Of a stretch of DNA of 57,876 nt, positions 1-12,590 are shown piece by piece. The notes under the pieces were generated by a model, which was not told where the DNA came from, searched no databases, and was given only the letters and a program-made list of their open reading frames with translations. The stretch covers positions 11,870,407 through 11,928,282 of the forward strand of contig NC_057751.1 in assembly GCF_004010195.1 (NCBI RefSeq), in the 5' to 3' direction. A program made the translations under genes and the position numbers. Each line of letters starts with the position of its first letter. Position 1 is the stretch's first letter. The stretch comes from Chiloscyllium plagiosum (taxonomy: Eukaryota).

Positions 1-390
1 ACATGATGGTTGGAGGAAGAGCGCCTCATCTTCTGCCTAGGAACCCTCCAACCACAAGGCAGGAACGCGGGTTTCACCAGTTTCCTCATTTCCCCTCCCC
101 CCACCTTGTCTCAGTCAAATCCATCGAATTCAGCACCGCCTTCCTAACCTGCAATCTTCTTCCTGACCTCTCCGCCCCCACCCCAGTCTGACCTATCACC
201 CTCAGCTTGACCTCTTTCCACCTATCACATTTCCGACGCCCCTCCCACAAATCCCTCCTCCCTACCTTTTATCTTAGCCTGCTGGACAAACTTTCCTCAT
301 TCCTGAAGAAGGGCTTATGCCCGAAACGTCGATTCTCCTGTTCCTTGGATGCTGCCTGACCTGCTGCGCTTTTCCAGCAACACATTTTCA
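1..390 (+). mobile_element. Penelope-like element 3' end (GIY-YIG C-terminus plus terminal-repeat region)
   Basis: LEEERLIFCLGTLQPQG reads from about position 11, typical of the PLE endonuclease end; followed by a pyrimidine-rich UTR and hammerhead-like core; homologous to 41733-42027. Confidence 0.8.
299..334 (+). ncRNA. Minimal type-I hammerhead ribozyme motif (PLE-associated)
   Basis: attc CTGAAGA a GGGC ttat GCCC GAAA c GTC gatt: core boxes, 4-bp stem II, palindromic ACGT in place of stem III; stem I has a mismatch. Confidence 0.65.
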
Positions 391-696
391 TTCATTGAAC
401 AGAGAATGGTACAACACAGTCAGGCCCTTCTGCTCTTGATGTTGTGCCAACCTTTTATGCTACTCAAAGGCTATTCACTGTGGCTGCTGCAGCATTCTTG
501 AACATTGCACAAGTCTGGTTTGGCTCTGTGCTTGAAACAAGCAAATTGCCTCAGTTTAGTTCGCGGATCACACTGGGACTCCTGATTTGCAGATAGGTAA
601 AATCTGTTCAGCCCACATGCTTATGGTCTTCTCATCTTGAACTTTAAATGACCCATATCAGACTGGACAGAAGTGGGAACTGCAGATCAGGAAATG

Positions 697-792
697 TCCA
701 GAGGAAGGGCTTTTGCCCGAAATGTCAATTTTCCTGCTCCTCGGATGCTGCTTGACCTGCTGTGCTTTTCCAGCACCACTCTAATCTTGACT
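697..792 (+). mobile_element. Short Penelope-derived fragment with degenerate hammerhead core
   Basis: ccagaggaagggcttttgcccgaaatgtc...gatgctgcttgacctgctgtgcttttccagc matches 303-378. Confidence 0.75.
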
Positions 793-1009
793 CGCATCAG
801 ACTGGATGCCTTCCACTTGTTGCAGAATAGCCATTCTGTCCAAAACCAGAATGATATCAACATTTTATTTCATATCATGGATTAAAAAAAATTGAGAAAG
901 CAATTTTGTTGAGTGTGGTCAGAAATAAGTTGCATGCCACAAACAAAAAGCCGAAAGCCGCTTGTCTTGGACGAGATAATTTTGGATACCAGTGCAGTTT
1001 AAGGGAGCA

Positions 1010-1167
1010 TGCAGTGATTGTAACAAGGTGAGTCAGGTGGTCAAATCAGGGAGTCCTGTCTGACAGAGAAGAACAGGAGTATCAGGGGTTCTGTTTTCTC
1101 TCAGAGCTGGTTCTACTGAATCAAGTTACTGAGATGTGACTTTTCAAGTACAAATGAATGTTGACTA
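1010..1167 (+). mobile_element. Degraded LTR of the same family as the 13195-16497 provirus
   Basis: tgcagtgattgtaacaaggtgagtcaggtgg matches tgtagtgattgtaacaaggtcaaccaggtgg at 16300. Confidence 0.7.
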
Positions 1168-3540
1168 TCCTTAATCAGTCCTTGCCTTTCCAAATGCAAG
1201 TGAAATCTGTCCCTCAGAATTCCTTCCTACAACTTAGCCACCACTGATGCAAGGCTCACTGGTGTCTTGTTCCCTGGCTTTTCCTGATGATCTTTCTCAA
1301 ATAATGGCACCACATTAGCCAACCTCTAACCTCTAATCTTTCGACACCTCACCCATGGCTGTTGATGATACACACATCTCAGCAAGGAGTCCAGCAATTT
1401 CTTCCCTCGCTTCAACACCTCCTTTTCTGTAATATGAACTGTTTTCAAAACATTGCTATTTATTCCACCAAGTTCTTGAGCTTCCATGACCTTCACAGTA
1501 AATACTGATGTGAAATATTTCTTTAGCTTCTCACCCATCTCCTGCGGTTCCACATCTAGACGGCCACGTTGATCTTGAAGAATATTCTCCTTTGTTCCTC
1601 TTTCACTCTTAATGTACTTGGAGAATTTGGATTATTTTGAACTGTATTTGCCAAAACTATCTCATACCCCCTTTTTTTGCCCTCCTGATTTCCTGCTTAA
1701 GTACCTGTATACTCCTGCTGCCTTTCTACTCCTCGGGAATCACTCAAGCCCAGCTGTCTGTATCTGTTAAATGCCTCCTTTTTTTTCTGACCAGAGCCTT
1801 AATTCTCTCGTCATCCAGCATCCTTTACATCTACCAGCCATGCCCTTCACACTAACAGGAACATACTGCCTCTGAACTTATTTATTTTTAAAGTCCTCCC
1901 ATTTCCCAACTGTCCTTTACCTGCAAGAAACCTCGTTTTGGGCATGAGCCCTTCTTCAGGAATCTCTCCTGCTCCTTGGATGCTGCCTGACCTGCTGCGC
2001 TTTTCCAGCAACACATTTTCAGCTCTGTTCTCCAGCATCTGCAGTCCTCGCTTTCTCCTGCAAGAAACCTCCCCCAGTCAACTTTTGAAAGTTTTCATCT
2101 AATACCATCAAAATTGGCCTTACTCCAATTTAGAACTTTTAACTTTTTGGTCAGTTATATCCTTTTTTAAAGCTATTTTAAAACTAATAGAATTGTAATC
2201 ACTTGCCCCAAAATGGTTTGCCCCATTGACACCTTGGTCACTTGCCCTGCCTTATTTCCCAAAAGAAGGTCAAGTATTGCTCCTTTTCCAGTCGGTGTTT
2301 CCATTTACTGAAAAATCAGGTTTTCTTGTACGCACTTAACAAATTCCTCCCCATCCAAAACCTCAACACTATGACATTCCCAGTCAATGTTTGGAAAGTT
2401 AAAATCCCCTACCATTACAACACTATTATTCTTACAGATCTCGAATATAGAACAGTACTTCATAAGATGTGCCCTCCAGTCCAGGCAAATCTCCTCTGCA
2501 CCCTTTCTAAAGATTCCACATTCTTCCTATAATGAGGCAACCAGAACTAAACACGATATGCCAAGTGTGGTCGAACCAGGGCTCCATAGAGCTGCAGCAT
2601 AACCTCACAGCTCTTAAATTCAATCCCCCTGCTAATGAAAGTCAACACCCCATATGCCTTTTTAAAAAACCCTATCAACTTGGGTGGCAACTTTAAGGGA
2701 TCTATTAACATAGTCCCCAAGATCCCTCTGTTCCTCCACACTGCCGAGAATCCAGCCTTTAACCCTGTATTCTGATTTCAGATTCAACCTTCCAAAGTGA
2801 ATGACTTCGCACTTTTCCAAGTTGAATTCCATCTGCCACTTCTCAGTTTAGCTCTGCATTCTGCCAACGTCCCGTTGCAACCTACAACAACCTACAACAG
2901 CCATCCACACTATGCACAACCCTACCAATGTGTACCATGACTTATGGCTGCTCTCCCTCCCCTGAGATCTCCTTACATATTTGCTTCTCAGTTTCTTGCT
3001 GACTATTGCAGGGGCCTGTAGTACAATCTCAACAAGGGGACTGTCCCTTTCTTCTTTCACAGTTCCACCCATATAACTTCATGAGCCGATCTCCCAGGAA
3101 TATCCTCCTGAAATACAGCCATAGTGTTTCTCTTTACCAAAATGCTACTGCCCCTCTTCTGTTGCCTCCCCTACTATCCTTCCTCTAGCATCTACATCCC
3201 AGAATATTCAGCTGCCAGTCCTGTCCATCTCCTGAGCCACATTTCTGCAAGAGGTACAATATCACAGTCCCATATGCCCAATTATGCCCAGAGATCATCG
3301 GCCTTACCTGTCAGGCCTCTTGCCCTGAAGTAAATGCAGTTTAATTTATCAGTCTTACCTCATTCCCTGCCAAACTCTCGTTTGCCGTGACTATTTGACT
3401 TGCTTCTCTTAGCTCATGTACCAGCCTCAGCCTTTTCTCTTTTCTCACTATCGCTTTGTTTCCCATCTAAATCCCACCCCCTCACCTTAGGAGTTGAAAG
3501 CCTCCCAAGCAGCACTAGCAAATCTCCCTGCAGGTTTAGG
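1168..3540 (-). mobile_element. Decayed CR1 LINE (ORF2 endonuclease/RT pieces) with a nested CR1 fragment at about 2445-2940
   Basis: Colinear with the 29222-32940 copy; ORF pieces MGEKLKKYFTSVFT and AYGVLTFISRGIEFKS. Confidence 0.85.
1935..2056. mobile_element. Short Penelope-derived insertion with internal inversion and 15-bp TSD
   Basis: cctgcaagaaacctc at 1920-1934 and 2057-2071; hammerhead part on the - strand, tail on the + strand. Confidence 0.85.
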
Positions 3541-3819
3541 CTTGGATACAGATAAACCAAGAGTTGTTGATCCCCAGTGTAGTCATGCCCTAACTAGAAT
3601 TATGAACTTCAAAGGTATACAGATTGGTCTTCCTGGAGGTGCCTCCTGCATGCAAACGGCTAGCTAGCAGTCATTGATGAGTTCACAAGGAGCTTTTTCT
3701 GTCGTGGTTTATAAACAGAAAAGTCAATTACAACAAAGCAAAGATGCAACATCAAAAAAAATGAAGCCTTAACGGTTTACACATCTTGATTTCAGTTTTA
3801 TCATTACGTAATTAAACTT

Positions 3820-4140
3820 GAGAGGATTACCAAGGCTTAGGTTGTTTTAATAAATGTGTATAAAATTAAAAGTGCCCTTGATAAAGTGGAAAAGAGGTAC
3901 CTATTCTCCTTACTTGATAGGTCAATAATTGAGGTACACCCATTCAAAGCAACTCTCCAGGTGAGAGGGGAGTTTGGTAGGAAGTTTCTCACAGAGTTGT
4001 CTGAAACTCGATGCATAAAAGAATGGTTGAAACAGACACCCTCCAGTCATTCAAACAAAAGCTTAGACATGAATTTGAAGTGTTTTCACCCACAGGACTA
4101 TGAACTAAGAGATAAAAAGCTGTATGAATCTGGATAGTTA
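3820..4140 (+). mobile_element. Old CR1 LINE 3' fragment
   Basis: YKIKSALDKVEKRYLF resembles the CR1 ORF2 C-terminus. Confidence 0.6.
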
Positions 4141-4271
4141 TTGAAGTGGTGAAAAAGACTGAGGGGAATAAAAAGAATCTTTTCTGCTGGTCACCTTTGT
4201 AGATCTGACAGATTTAGTGCTACTGCAGGCAGCTACTTGATCTTTGTTGTTTATTGATCGACATTTAATAG

Positions 4272-5358
4272 CAGAGTCATAGAGATGTACAACACGGAAA
4301 CAGACCCTTTGGTCCAACTTGTCCATGTCGACCAGATATCCCAACCCAATCTAGTCCCACCTGCCAGCACCTGGCACATATACCTCCCAAACCCTTCCTA
4401 TTCATATACCCATCCAAATGCCTTTTAAATGTTGCAATTGTACCAGCCTCCACCACTTCCTCTGGCAGCTCATTTCATACACACACCAGCCTATGTGTGG
4501 AAAAAGTTGCCTCTTAGGTCTCTTTTATATCTTTTCTCTCTCATCCTAAATCTATGCCCTCTAGTTCTGGACTCCCTCATCCCAGGGAAAGGACTTTGTT
4601 TATTTATCCTATCCATGCCCCTCATGATTTTGTAAACCTCTGGAAGGTCACCCCTCAGCCTCCGCTCAAGGGAAAACAGCTCCAGCCTATTCAGCCTCTC
4701 CCCGTAGCTCAAATCCTCTAACCCTGGCAACATCCTTGTAAATCTTTTCTGAACCTTTTCAAGTTTCACAACATCCTTTTGATAGGATGGAGATCCGAAT
4801 TGTACACAATATTCCAAAACTGGCCGAATTAATGTCCTGTATAGCTGCAACATGACCTCCCAACTCCTGTACTCAATGCTCTGACCAATAAAGGAAAGCA
4901 TACCAAATGTCTTCTTCACTATCCTGTCTCCTTGTGACTCCTTTTTCAAGGAACTATGAACCTGCACGCCAAGGTCTCTTTGTTCAGCAACACTCCCCAG
5001 GACCTTACCATGAAGTCCAAAATGCAGCACCTCGCATTTATCTAAATCAAACTCCATCTGCCGCTCCTCAGTCCAGTGGCCTGTCTGATCAAGATCCCAT
5101 TGTACTCTGCGTTAACCTTCTTCACTGTCCACTGCATGTCCAATTTTGGGGTCAACTGCAAACTTACTAAGTATACCTTCTATGTTCACATCCAATCATT
5201 TATATAAATGACGAATAGCAGTGGGTCAAGCATCGATTCTTGTGGCACACCACTGATCACAGGCCTCCGGGTCTGAAATGCAATGCTCCACTACCACCCT
5301 CTGTCTTCTACTTTTAAGTCAGTTCTGTATCCAAATGGCTAGTTCTCCCTGTATTCAC
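4272..5358 (-). mobile_element. 5'-truncated CR1 LINE (RT C-terminus and 3' UTR)
   Basis: ORF 4491-5057 (KCEVLHFG, RPVLEYCVQF, RRLRGDL) and tail agagtcatagagatgtacaacacggaaacagaccc. Confidence 0.92.
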
Positions 5359-7247
5359 TTTTGTGGTTGTCGTAGTAGTAATGGTTGATTCTTCTGAAAA
5401 AAATGTTCAACCTGTCAAAACAATCTGTTGCAATTTAACTGCACAGATCTTGTAAAATTTTCATTTCCATTGAGAATACGATATTGTGAAACTGCTGATG
5501 GTACAAGCAATACTTAGTGGAAGATACAAGTCATCCTGTCAGAGTCATTGCGCAACATTACAGAATTCGTTCCTTGCCAATTTGTTCATTAAAATGATTT
5601 CTGGATTCTTTCCTAATGCAAGTTGACTCAAAAGCATTTTTCAATTCTGTCTTGGTGTTTGGGCAGACCTATTTAGCTGGGAAACCAAGGTTAAGTATGA
5701 AAGCTGACTTTTCAGGGCACAGCCAAGTTGATAAAAGGACGAGGTAGCTCCTCGAAGCAATGAGTTAGTAATGTCATTGGGACAAAATGATACACAGCTT
5801 TTTGTACTCTTAAAAATAATACTGAAGACTTGGGTTAAATATTACTGAAGACAAAGTAATTCCAAGCCTTTGTGTCTATGATCTGTGGATAGATGGCTTT
5901 TCTGTCATGTATTGTGTTAAAAATATTGAAATTAATTAGACCCAATAAGAAGAATTCTAACTGTCCAAATCAGAAAAATAACAAAGTAAGTGACAAATCT
6001 TTTAGCTTCTGAATATGTGATCTACCGTATGCAACCCATTGAGTTGCAGACAAAACAGGTAGTTAGAAGAAATTGAGGTTGAGCAGTTCACTGTCTGACA
6101 TCACTAGCCCTATATGACAGATGATGAAACAGTGCTTGTAAGCACCATTAGCTGTGTTTATTTGCAAAGCCACACAGATTTCTGAGAACAAAATGAAAAC
6201 AGCTGTTCTTGTGTTTATGTGACCCTTTCAAAGAATGCATTAGATATTGGGTTATTTGCATGACTGATCATTTGAAAGCACATGGTAACAAGAAGGGAGT
6301 TGCTATGATGCAGGTAAGAAATCCGTTTGAAAAAAGTGGCAAATGGAATCCACCTAGATCGCAAGTTATGAAATGGGCCTCTTGCCAATTATGTGGAAAG
6401 TTGCCCACTTCAGTGTGAACATGTTGGAATCCACAAAGCAGTTCAAGTTTGAAAAAAAACCTGCTCCCCCTCACACTTTTTGTTTTGCAACATTAGTAAT
6501 GTGACTAAAGGTTAAACAGAAATTTGATAATGTTAAGATTTCTGTTGAAACCTGTTTCGGAGAGTGGCTTGCATAAGGTTACCCCTGAATTGGAAAGGGA
6601 CTGGTATCCTGGCAGGGAGATTTGCTCGTGCTACTCAGATGGCTTTAAACTTGTCAGGGCGGTCATGGGACCCAAAGAGATAGTGAGAAAAGAGATAAGT
6701 CTGAGATTGGTGCAGTTAAGAGGAGCAATAGTCATACAGTCAAAGTAGGCAAAAGCAAGGTAGAGAACGAGGTAAGACTGATAAATTAAACTGCATTTAT
6801 TTCAGTGCAAGAGACCTGAAGAGTAAGGCAGGTGAAATCGGGACACGGTTGCCAATTTCTAATCATTGATGTGGATTGCCATAGTGTTAAGGGCTGGATA
6901 GAGAGGAATTCGGTCAGTGTGTCAAAGAAAATGTTGTTACTCAGTATGTAGATGTACCTACTAGAGAAGGAGCAATTCTTGAATTTTTGTTGGAAACTAA
7001 GGCAGGGCAAGTGATTGAGCTGTCATTGAGGAAGCACTTTGGGTCAAGTGATCATAATTCTATTAGCTTTAAAATAGTTATGGAAAGGATAGACCTTATC
7101 GAGAAGTTGAAGTTTTAAATTGGACTCAGGCTAAGAGCTTTCAAAAGTTGATTGGGAAAGGCTAGTCACAGGTGAAGGGATGCCTTCAAAGGTGAGATAA
7201 CAAGATTGGAGAGGCAATATGTTCCTGTTAGTGAGAAGGCAAAGCCT

Positions 7248-7700
7248 TCAGCCTCCACCACATCCTCTGGCAGCTCATTCCATACATGTACCACCCTCTG
7301 TGTGAAAAAGTTGTCCCTTAGGTCTCTTTTATATCTTTCCCCCCTCACCTTAAACCTATGCCCTCTAGTTCTGGACTCCCCGACCCCAGGGAAAAGACTT
7401 TGTCTATTTACCCTATCCATGCCCCTCATAATTTTGTAAACCTCTATAAGGTCACCCCTCAGCCTCCGACGCTCCAGTGAAAACAGCCCCAGCCTGTTCA
7501 GCCTCTCCCTGTAGCTCAGATTCTCCAACCCTGGCAACCATCTTTAGACTGTGGGAGGAAACCGGAGCACCTGAAGGAAACCCACGCAGACACATGGAGA
7601 ATGTTCAGACTCCACACACAGTCACACAAGGCTGGAATTGAACCTGGGTCCCTGGTGCTGGGAGGCAGCAGTGCTAACCACTGAGCCACTGTGCTGCTCC
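7248..7700 (-). mobile_element. V-SINE head (about 7540-7700) joined to a CR1 3' segment (7248-7540)
   Basis: SINE A/B boxes and V domain run directly into PGLENLSYRERLNRLGLFSLERRRLRGDL. Confidence 0.8.
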
Positions 7701-8348
7701 CCCTTTTTTTGCCATTTCAACTTTAGGATCAACAAGGCTATCCATGTGTGGAATTCCGGGAGATGTGTGAGATACTAAATGAGTATTTTGTGTCAGTATT
7801 TACCATGGAGAAGGATATGGAAGCGAGAAAACTTGGAGAAATAAGTAATGATATCTTTAAAAGTGTTCATATTACAGAGGGGAGGTGCTGGGTGTCTGAA
7901 AACACACAAAGGTGGATAAATCCTTGGGACCAAATGAGATGTATCCCAGAACTTTGTGGGAAGCTAGGGAAGTGATTACTGGGTGCTTACTGAGATATTT
8001 GTATCATCAATAGCTGCAGGTGAGATGCCAGAAAACTGGAGGGAGACCAGTATGGTGCCATTCTTTCAGAAAGGTGGTCAGGAAAAACCAGGGAACTTTC
8101 GACCAGTGAGCCTGACGTCAGCAGTGAGCAAGTTTTTGGAGGGGATTCTGAGGGACAGAATTTACATGTATTTGGAAGGGCAAGCACTGTGAATGATAGT
8201 CAGCATGGCTTTGTGGGTGGGAAATTGTATCTCAATAACTTGATGGGAATTTTGAAGAAGTGACAAAGAAGATTGATGAGGGCAGAGCTTGGACTTTGTC
8301 TTTTTGGACTTCAGCAAGGCATGTGACAAGATTCCGCGTGGTAGACTT

Positions 8349-8625
8349 TAGAATCCTTACAGTCTGGAAGCAGGTCATTCAGCCCAACAAGTGCACAACG
8401 ACTCTCTGAAGAACATCTCACACTATCCTTGTAACTCTGCATTTGTCATGGCCAATCCACCTAATTTTCACATCTTTGGAGTGTGGGAGGAAATTGCAGC
8501 ACCTGGCGGAAACACATGCAGATACAGGGAGAACATGCAAACTGCACACAGACAGTTGTCTAAGGCTGGAATTGAACCCAGGTCCCTAGTGCTGTGAGGC
8601 AGCATTGCTAATCACTGAGCCACCA
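8349..8625 (-). mobile_element. HE1-like V-SINE, diverged
   Basis: Homologous to 23853-24170. Confidence 0.8.
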
Positions 8626-8651
8626 GATTGCCCTAGACTGGTTTGCACGTT

Positions 8652-8970
8652 ATTTCACGGGATGAAGGCATCGCTGGCTAGGCTGGCATTTATTGTCCAT
8701 CCCTAATGGCCCAGAGAGCAGTTGAGAATCAACCACATTGCTATGGGGGGTCTGGAGTCACATGTAGGCCAGACCAGGTAAGAATGACAGTTTCCTTCCC
8801 TAAAGAGCATTAGTGAACCAGATGGGTTTTTCTGACATCAGTAATGGATTTATGGTCATTATTAGACTCTTTAATTCCAGTTATTATTTGAATTCATATT
8901 CTACCATCTGCCCCATGGTAGGATTCAGACGCAGCTCACCAGAACATTATCTGGGTCTCTGGGTAATTGC
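8652..8970 (-). mobile_element. Second SINE-like repeat family
   Basis: Recurs at about 50780-51130 and 53795-54110 (ctggagtcacatgt...gaccag...cattagtgaaccag). Confidence 0.7.
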
Positions 8971-10029
8971 CTCCCCATTGCATGGAATCCAGGGAGAGCT
9001 AGCCATTTGATACAAAATTGGTGTGAAGGTAAGAGACACGAGTAGTGGTAGAGGGTTGTTTTTTGGAAGAAGGCCTATGACCAGTAGTGTGCCACAAAGT
9101 TCAGTGCTGGGTCCACTGCTTTTTGTCATTTTTGTAAATGATATGGATGTCAATATTGGAGTAAGGGTCAGTAAGTTTGCAGATGACACCAAAGTTGATG
9201 GTGTAGTGGACAGTGAAGTTTATCTCTGAGTATAATGGGACCTTGATCAGATGAACTTTTGGACTGAAGAGTGGCAGGTGGAGTTTGATTTAGATAAATG
9301 AGAGGTACTGCATTTTGGTAAGGCAAATAAGGTTAGGATTTAAACACTTAATGGTAAGGTCTTGGGGAGTGTTGCTGAACAAAGAGATCTTGGCCTGCAG
9401 CTTTATAGTTCCTTGAAAGTGGAGTCCCACAAAGAAAGGGTAGTGAAGAAGGTGTTTGCTGCTCTTCCCTTTATTGGTCAGTGCATTGAGAAGACAAGTT
9501 GGGAGGTCATGTTAAGACCTTACAGAGCATTGGTCAGGTCACATTTGGAATACTGCATTCAGTACTGGTCTCCTTCCTATTGGAAGGATGTTGTGAAACT
9601 TGAAAGGGTTCAGAAAAGATTTACAAGAATGTAGCCGGGATTGGAGGGTTTGAGTTATCGGGATCGGCTGAATAGGCTGGAGCTTTTTTCCCTGGAGCGT
9701 CTGAGCTGAGGGGTGACCTTGCAGATATTTATAAAATCATGAGGGGCATCGGTAGGGTGAATAACCAAGGTCTTTTCCCTATGGTAGGGGAGTCCCAAAC
9801 TAGAGGGCATAGGTTTAGAGTGGGAGGAAAAGGATTTAAAAAGGACCATAGGGGTAACGTTTTCATGTTGAGGGTGGTACATCTTTGGTATGAGCTGCCA
9901 CAGGAAGTGGTCAAGGCTGATACAATTACAACAGTTAAGGGGCATCCAGATGGGTATATGAGTAGAAAGGGTTTAGAGTGATGTGGGCCAAATGCTGGCA
10001 AATGGAACAAGATTCATTTAGTATATTTA

Positions 10030-10283
10030 TTTAGATTAGATTACTTAGTGTGGAAACAGGCCCTTTGGCTCATCAAGTCCACACCGTCCCTCCAAACAGC
10101 AACCCACCCAGACCCATTCCCCTACATTTACCCCTTCACCTAACACTACGGGCAATTTAGCATGGCCAATTCACCTAACCTGCACATTTTTGGAATGTGG
10201 GAGGAAACCAGAGCACCCGGAGGAAACCCACGCAGACCACTGGGAGAATGTGCAAACTCCACACAGACAGTTGCCTGAGGCGG
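10030..10283 (-). mobile_element. HE1-like V-SINE, 5'-truncated, inserted in the CR1 3' UTR
   Basis: (TTAGA)n tail and V domain; CR1 tail resumes at about 10283. Confidence 0.9.
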
Positions 10284-10854
10284 TCAGCATGGATGAGTTC
10301 GACTGAAGAGGCTGTTTATGTGCTGGACAACTGACTGTGAGTGAACTGTGCAGCTGGATGCTCTGGTCAATTTGGAACTTGACTGTTTGAGATAATGACA
10401 GTGTGGTGACATGTGATGGGTTCATAAGGGACTTGGAGCAAGGAGGAAGGGACACTGGGAGAATGAGAGGTCACTTCCATCAGGAATAATGTTGTCTTTT
10501 GGACAGCTGGAAAGGATCAAGAAAGTGCAATGCATTGATACAATTGCTTTTTAAAAATGAAGAAAATGTTTGTATCTTCAAAATAGTTTGATCATACTTG
10601 AAGATATGTGTTTTACCTGTCTGCTTAGGCAAGCTAACAAAAAGCAGGTCATTGTTGATCCTGTTTAGAGGTTACCACACAACCATCAGTACTGAGCTTG
10701 AAAAATGCTGAAGTAGTAGTGGGCACGTCACTAGTTCCTGTGACTTAAAAATTATATCCTATTGCAATTTATCAACAGGAGTTTTCAAATTTCTTGTGTA
10801 AATGTTACTGCATTACACTTAAACTGAATTTTGTATTCCTATTTGACCTAATAG

Positions 10855-10970
10855 ATGACTTACATTCATCATCCTACCAAACTTTGAAGCTGTCTGCCTA
10901 CGAAATTACAATCCCACAACAGTTGACAGAAAGAGAAAAGCGAGATGCTGACCTATCTCCCTTTGCACAG
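10855..10970 (+). CDS. ADAM9: ADAM9-like metalloprotease, coding exon (probably exon 2), prodomain N-terminus
   Basis: Acceptor ...cctaatag and donor GCACAG/gtacat; phase 1 to 0; LSAYEITIPQQLTEREKR resembles human ADAM9 LSSYEIITPWRLTRERR (recalled, not aligned). Confidence 0.88.
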
Positions 10971-11585
10971 GTACATTGAAAACTAATTGTGCTGTTGTCT
11001 TGTCTGACTTAACTGTGTTTCTAAGTCTTTATGATCAAAGGGAAAATACTGGAGAATTGTTTGAAAACAGCTTATGTCAATTCGGCTTGTATTTCTGTCA
11101 GTTTTGCAATGTTGAAGGAAATCCAATCAAGGCATTTAAAATAACTAAGTGATTCAGGAGGGTCTACGCAGAGAAACTTCTTTCTCTGATGAAGTAATCC
11201 ATAATAAGAGAGAATGATCTTAAAATCCAAACCATCCTATTTCGGAATGAAATCGTTTTCATGTGTAACAGTGTAAATCTGATGTTTTCTCACATAACAA
11301 TATTACCTCAGTTTCAGTTTCTGGTCTGTATGTACCATGAACAAAATTCTGAGTAGCTGCAGAAGTTATTTTGCTCCCCTTTCTCATCCTCGACATACTT
11401 CCCACCTTTGACTCTGACCATCCTGTCACTCATCATAGTACATACGAGGGGAAATGTGAATTTGAAGGAGAAGAAGACTATCTGCCCTTTCCACCTTGCT
11501 CTACCACACAACAAGATCATGGCTGATCCAACTGTGGCCACAGCTCCACTTTGCTGCCTAACTGTGATAGCCGTTGACTGCCCTG

Positions 11586-12352
11586 TGTTACGACATGACG
11601 ATGAACCCTCCTGTTAATGAAACCAAACACCCAGAAAAGCTCACCTTGACTCATAGTCTGTTAAAATATGAATGACTGAGAACTCCCAAATTCCATTGTT
11701 TAAAGAAAATAATATCAATTTTTTAAACTCTAAAAATGCACATTAAACAATAACCATTCACAACTCAAAGCTCCCCTTTCTCTTAACCGCTTATTATCTG
11801 CATCCAACTTGTTAACAAGCTGTTCCAATAAAACACTTTTTAAAAATTAGATCACCTTAATTTCAAAACTACACAGCCATGGTCATCTTCGGTGTCTGTC
11901 ATCTTCTAGCTGAAGATCACCCTGAGTCATCGTCTTTCTTTTTACTGTGAATATGTTTCATGTGAAAAGGTATCTTTGATATAGAGTGTTTCCAAATTCC
12001 TTGGGTCTGCCTTGATGGCAGTTGCTCTCTGTCCAATTTTTAAAATATCCGTATTTTTATACACCCAACATTGAATATTCTCATTGGTTTGATGTTGGCA
12101 AAACAATAAAGTCAAACTCAATTGGGATTTTAGTATCCTGGGGCATAATTTAAACTGGTTAAATTCAAAATATTGTCAAAATAGCAACCAAAACTCAAGT
12201 ATCCATTTCACAGACAAATGTTACATATTTTCAATTTTCCAGTTTACTCTGAGACAGCTATCTAATCTTCCATGCAGGTGGTGGAAGTTTTCAGTTCAGA
12301 ACAGCTATCACTCTCTCTTAAAGTTACAGTACACACCATCAACTTTATAACA
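11586..12352. mobile_element. Solo LTR (767 bp) inserted in an old CR1 tail
   Basis: TGTTA...TAACA termini; flanks cctg/cttg (4-bp TSD, one mismatch); the host sequence rejoins across it. Confidence 0.75.
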
Positions 12353-12544
12353 CTTGATAGTGAAGAATCTACCTATCTCTGGAGCTGTAATGTTATTAAC
12401 TAAATTTAGATAACGTCTTTCATCTTTTACATTGAGATATGCTAGTTTCAGTTCTTTAGTATGTAAATTCCAGAACTTCTTTTAAGTTCTATTCTCAAGA
12501 TAGCTTTAGCTTTTCTAACAATAGGCGCCTATGATCCGATACTT

Positions 12545-12590
12545 CACAACCACCTGATGAAGCCTGGTGTTGTGTAATTTTTAACTTTAA
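12545..12590 (+). mobile_element. Internally deleted fragment of another Penelope-like tail
   Basis: aaccacctgatgaag/cctggtgttgtgtaatttttaacttt; a related reverse-complement copy lies at about 35813-35890. Confidence 0.45.

Larger units (their letters stand above)
6570..10335 (+). mobile_element. Decayed CR1 LINE ORF2 with several nested insertions
   Basis: ORF pieces EILNEYFVSVFT, PGNFRPVSLTS, VPQSSVLGPLLF, SKFADDTK, HLEYCIQYWSP. Confidence 0.9.

Noticed and set aside
1..10854. ADAM9 exon 1 or promoter
   Set aside because: No signal-peptide exon with a phase-1 donor and no CpG island found; probably upstream of the window
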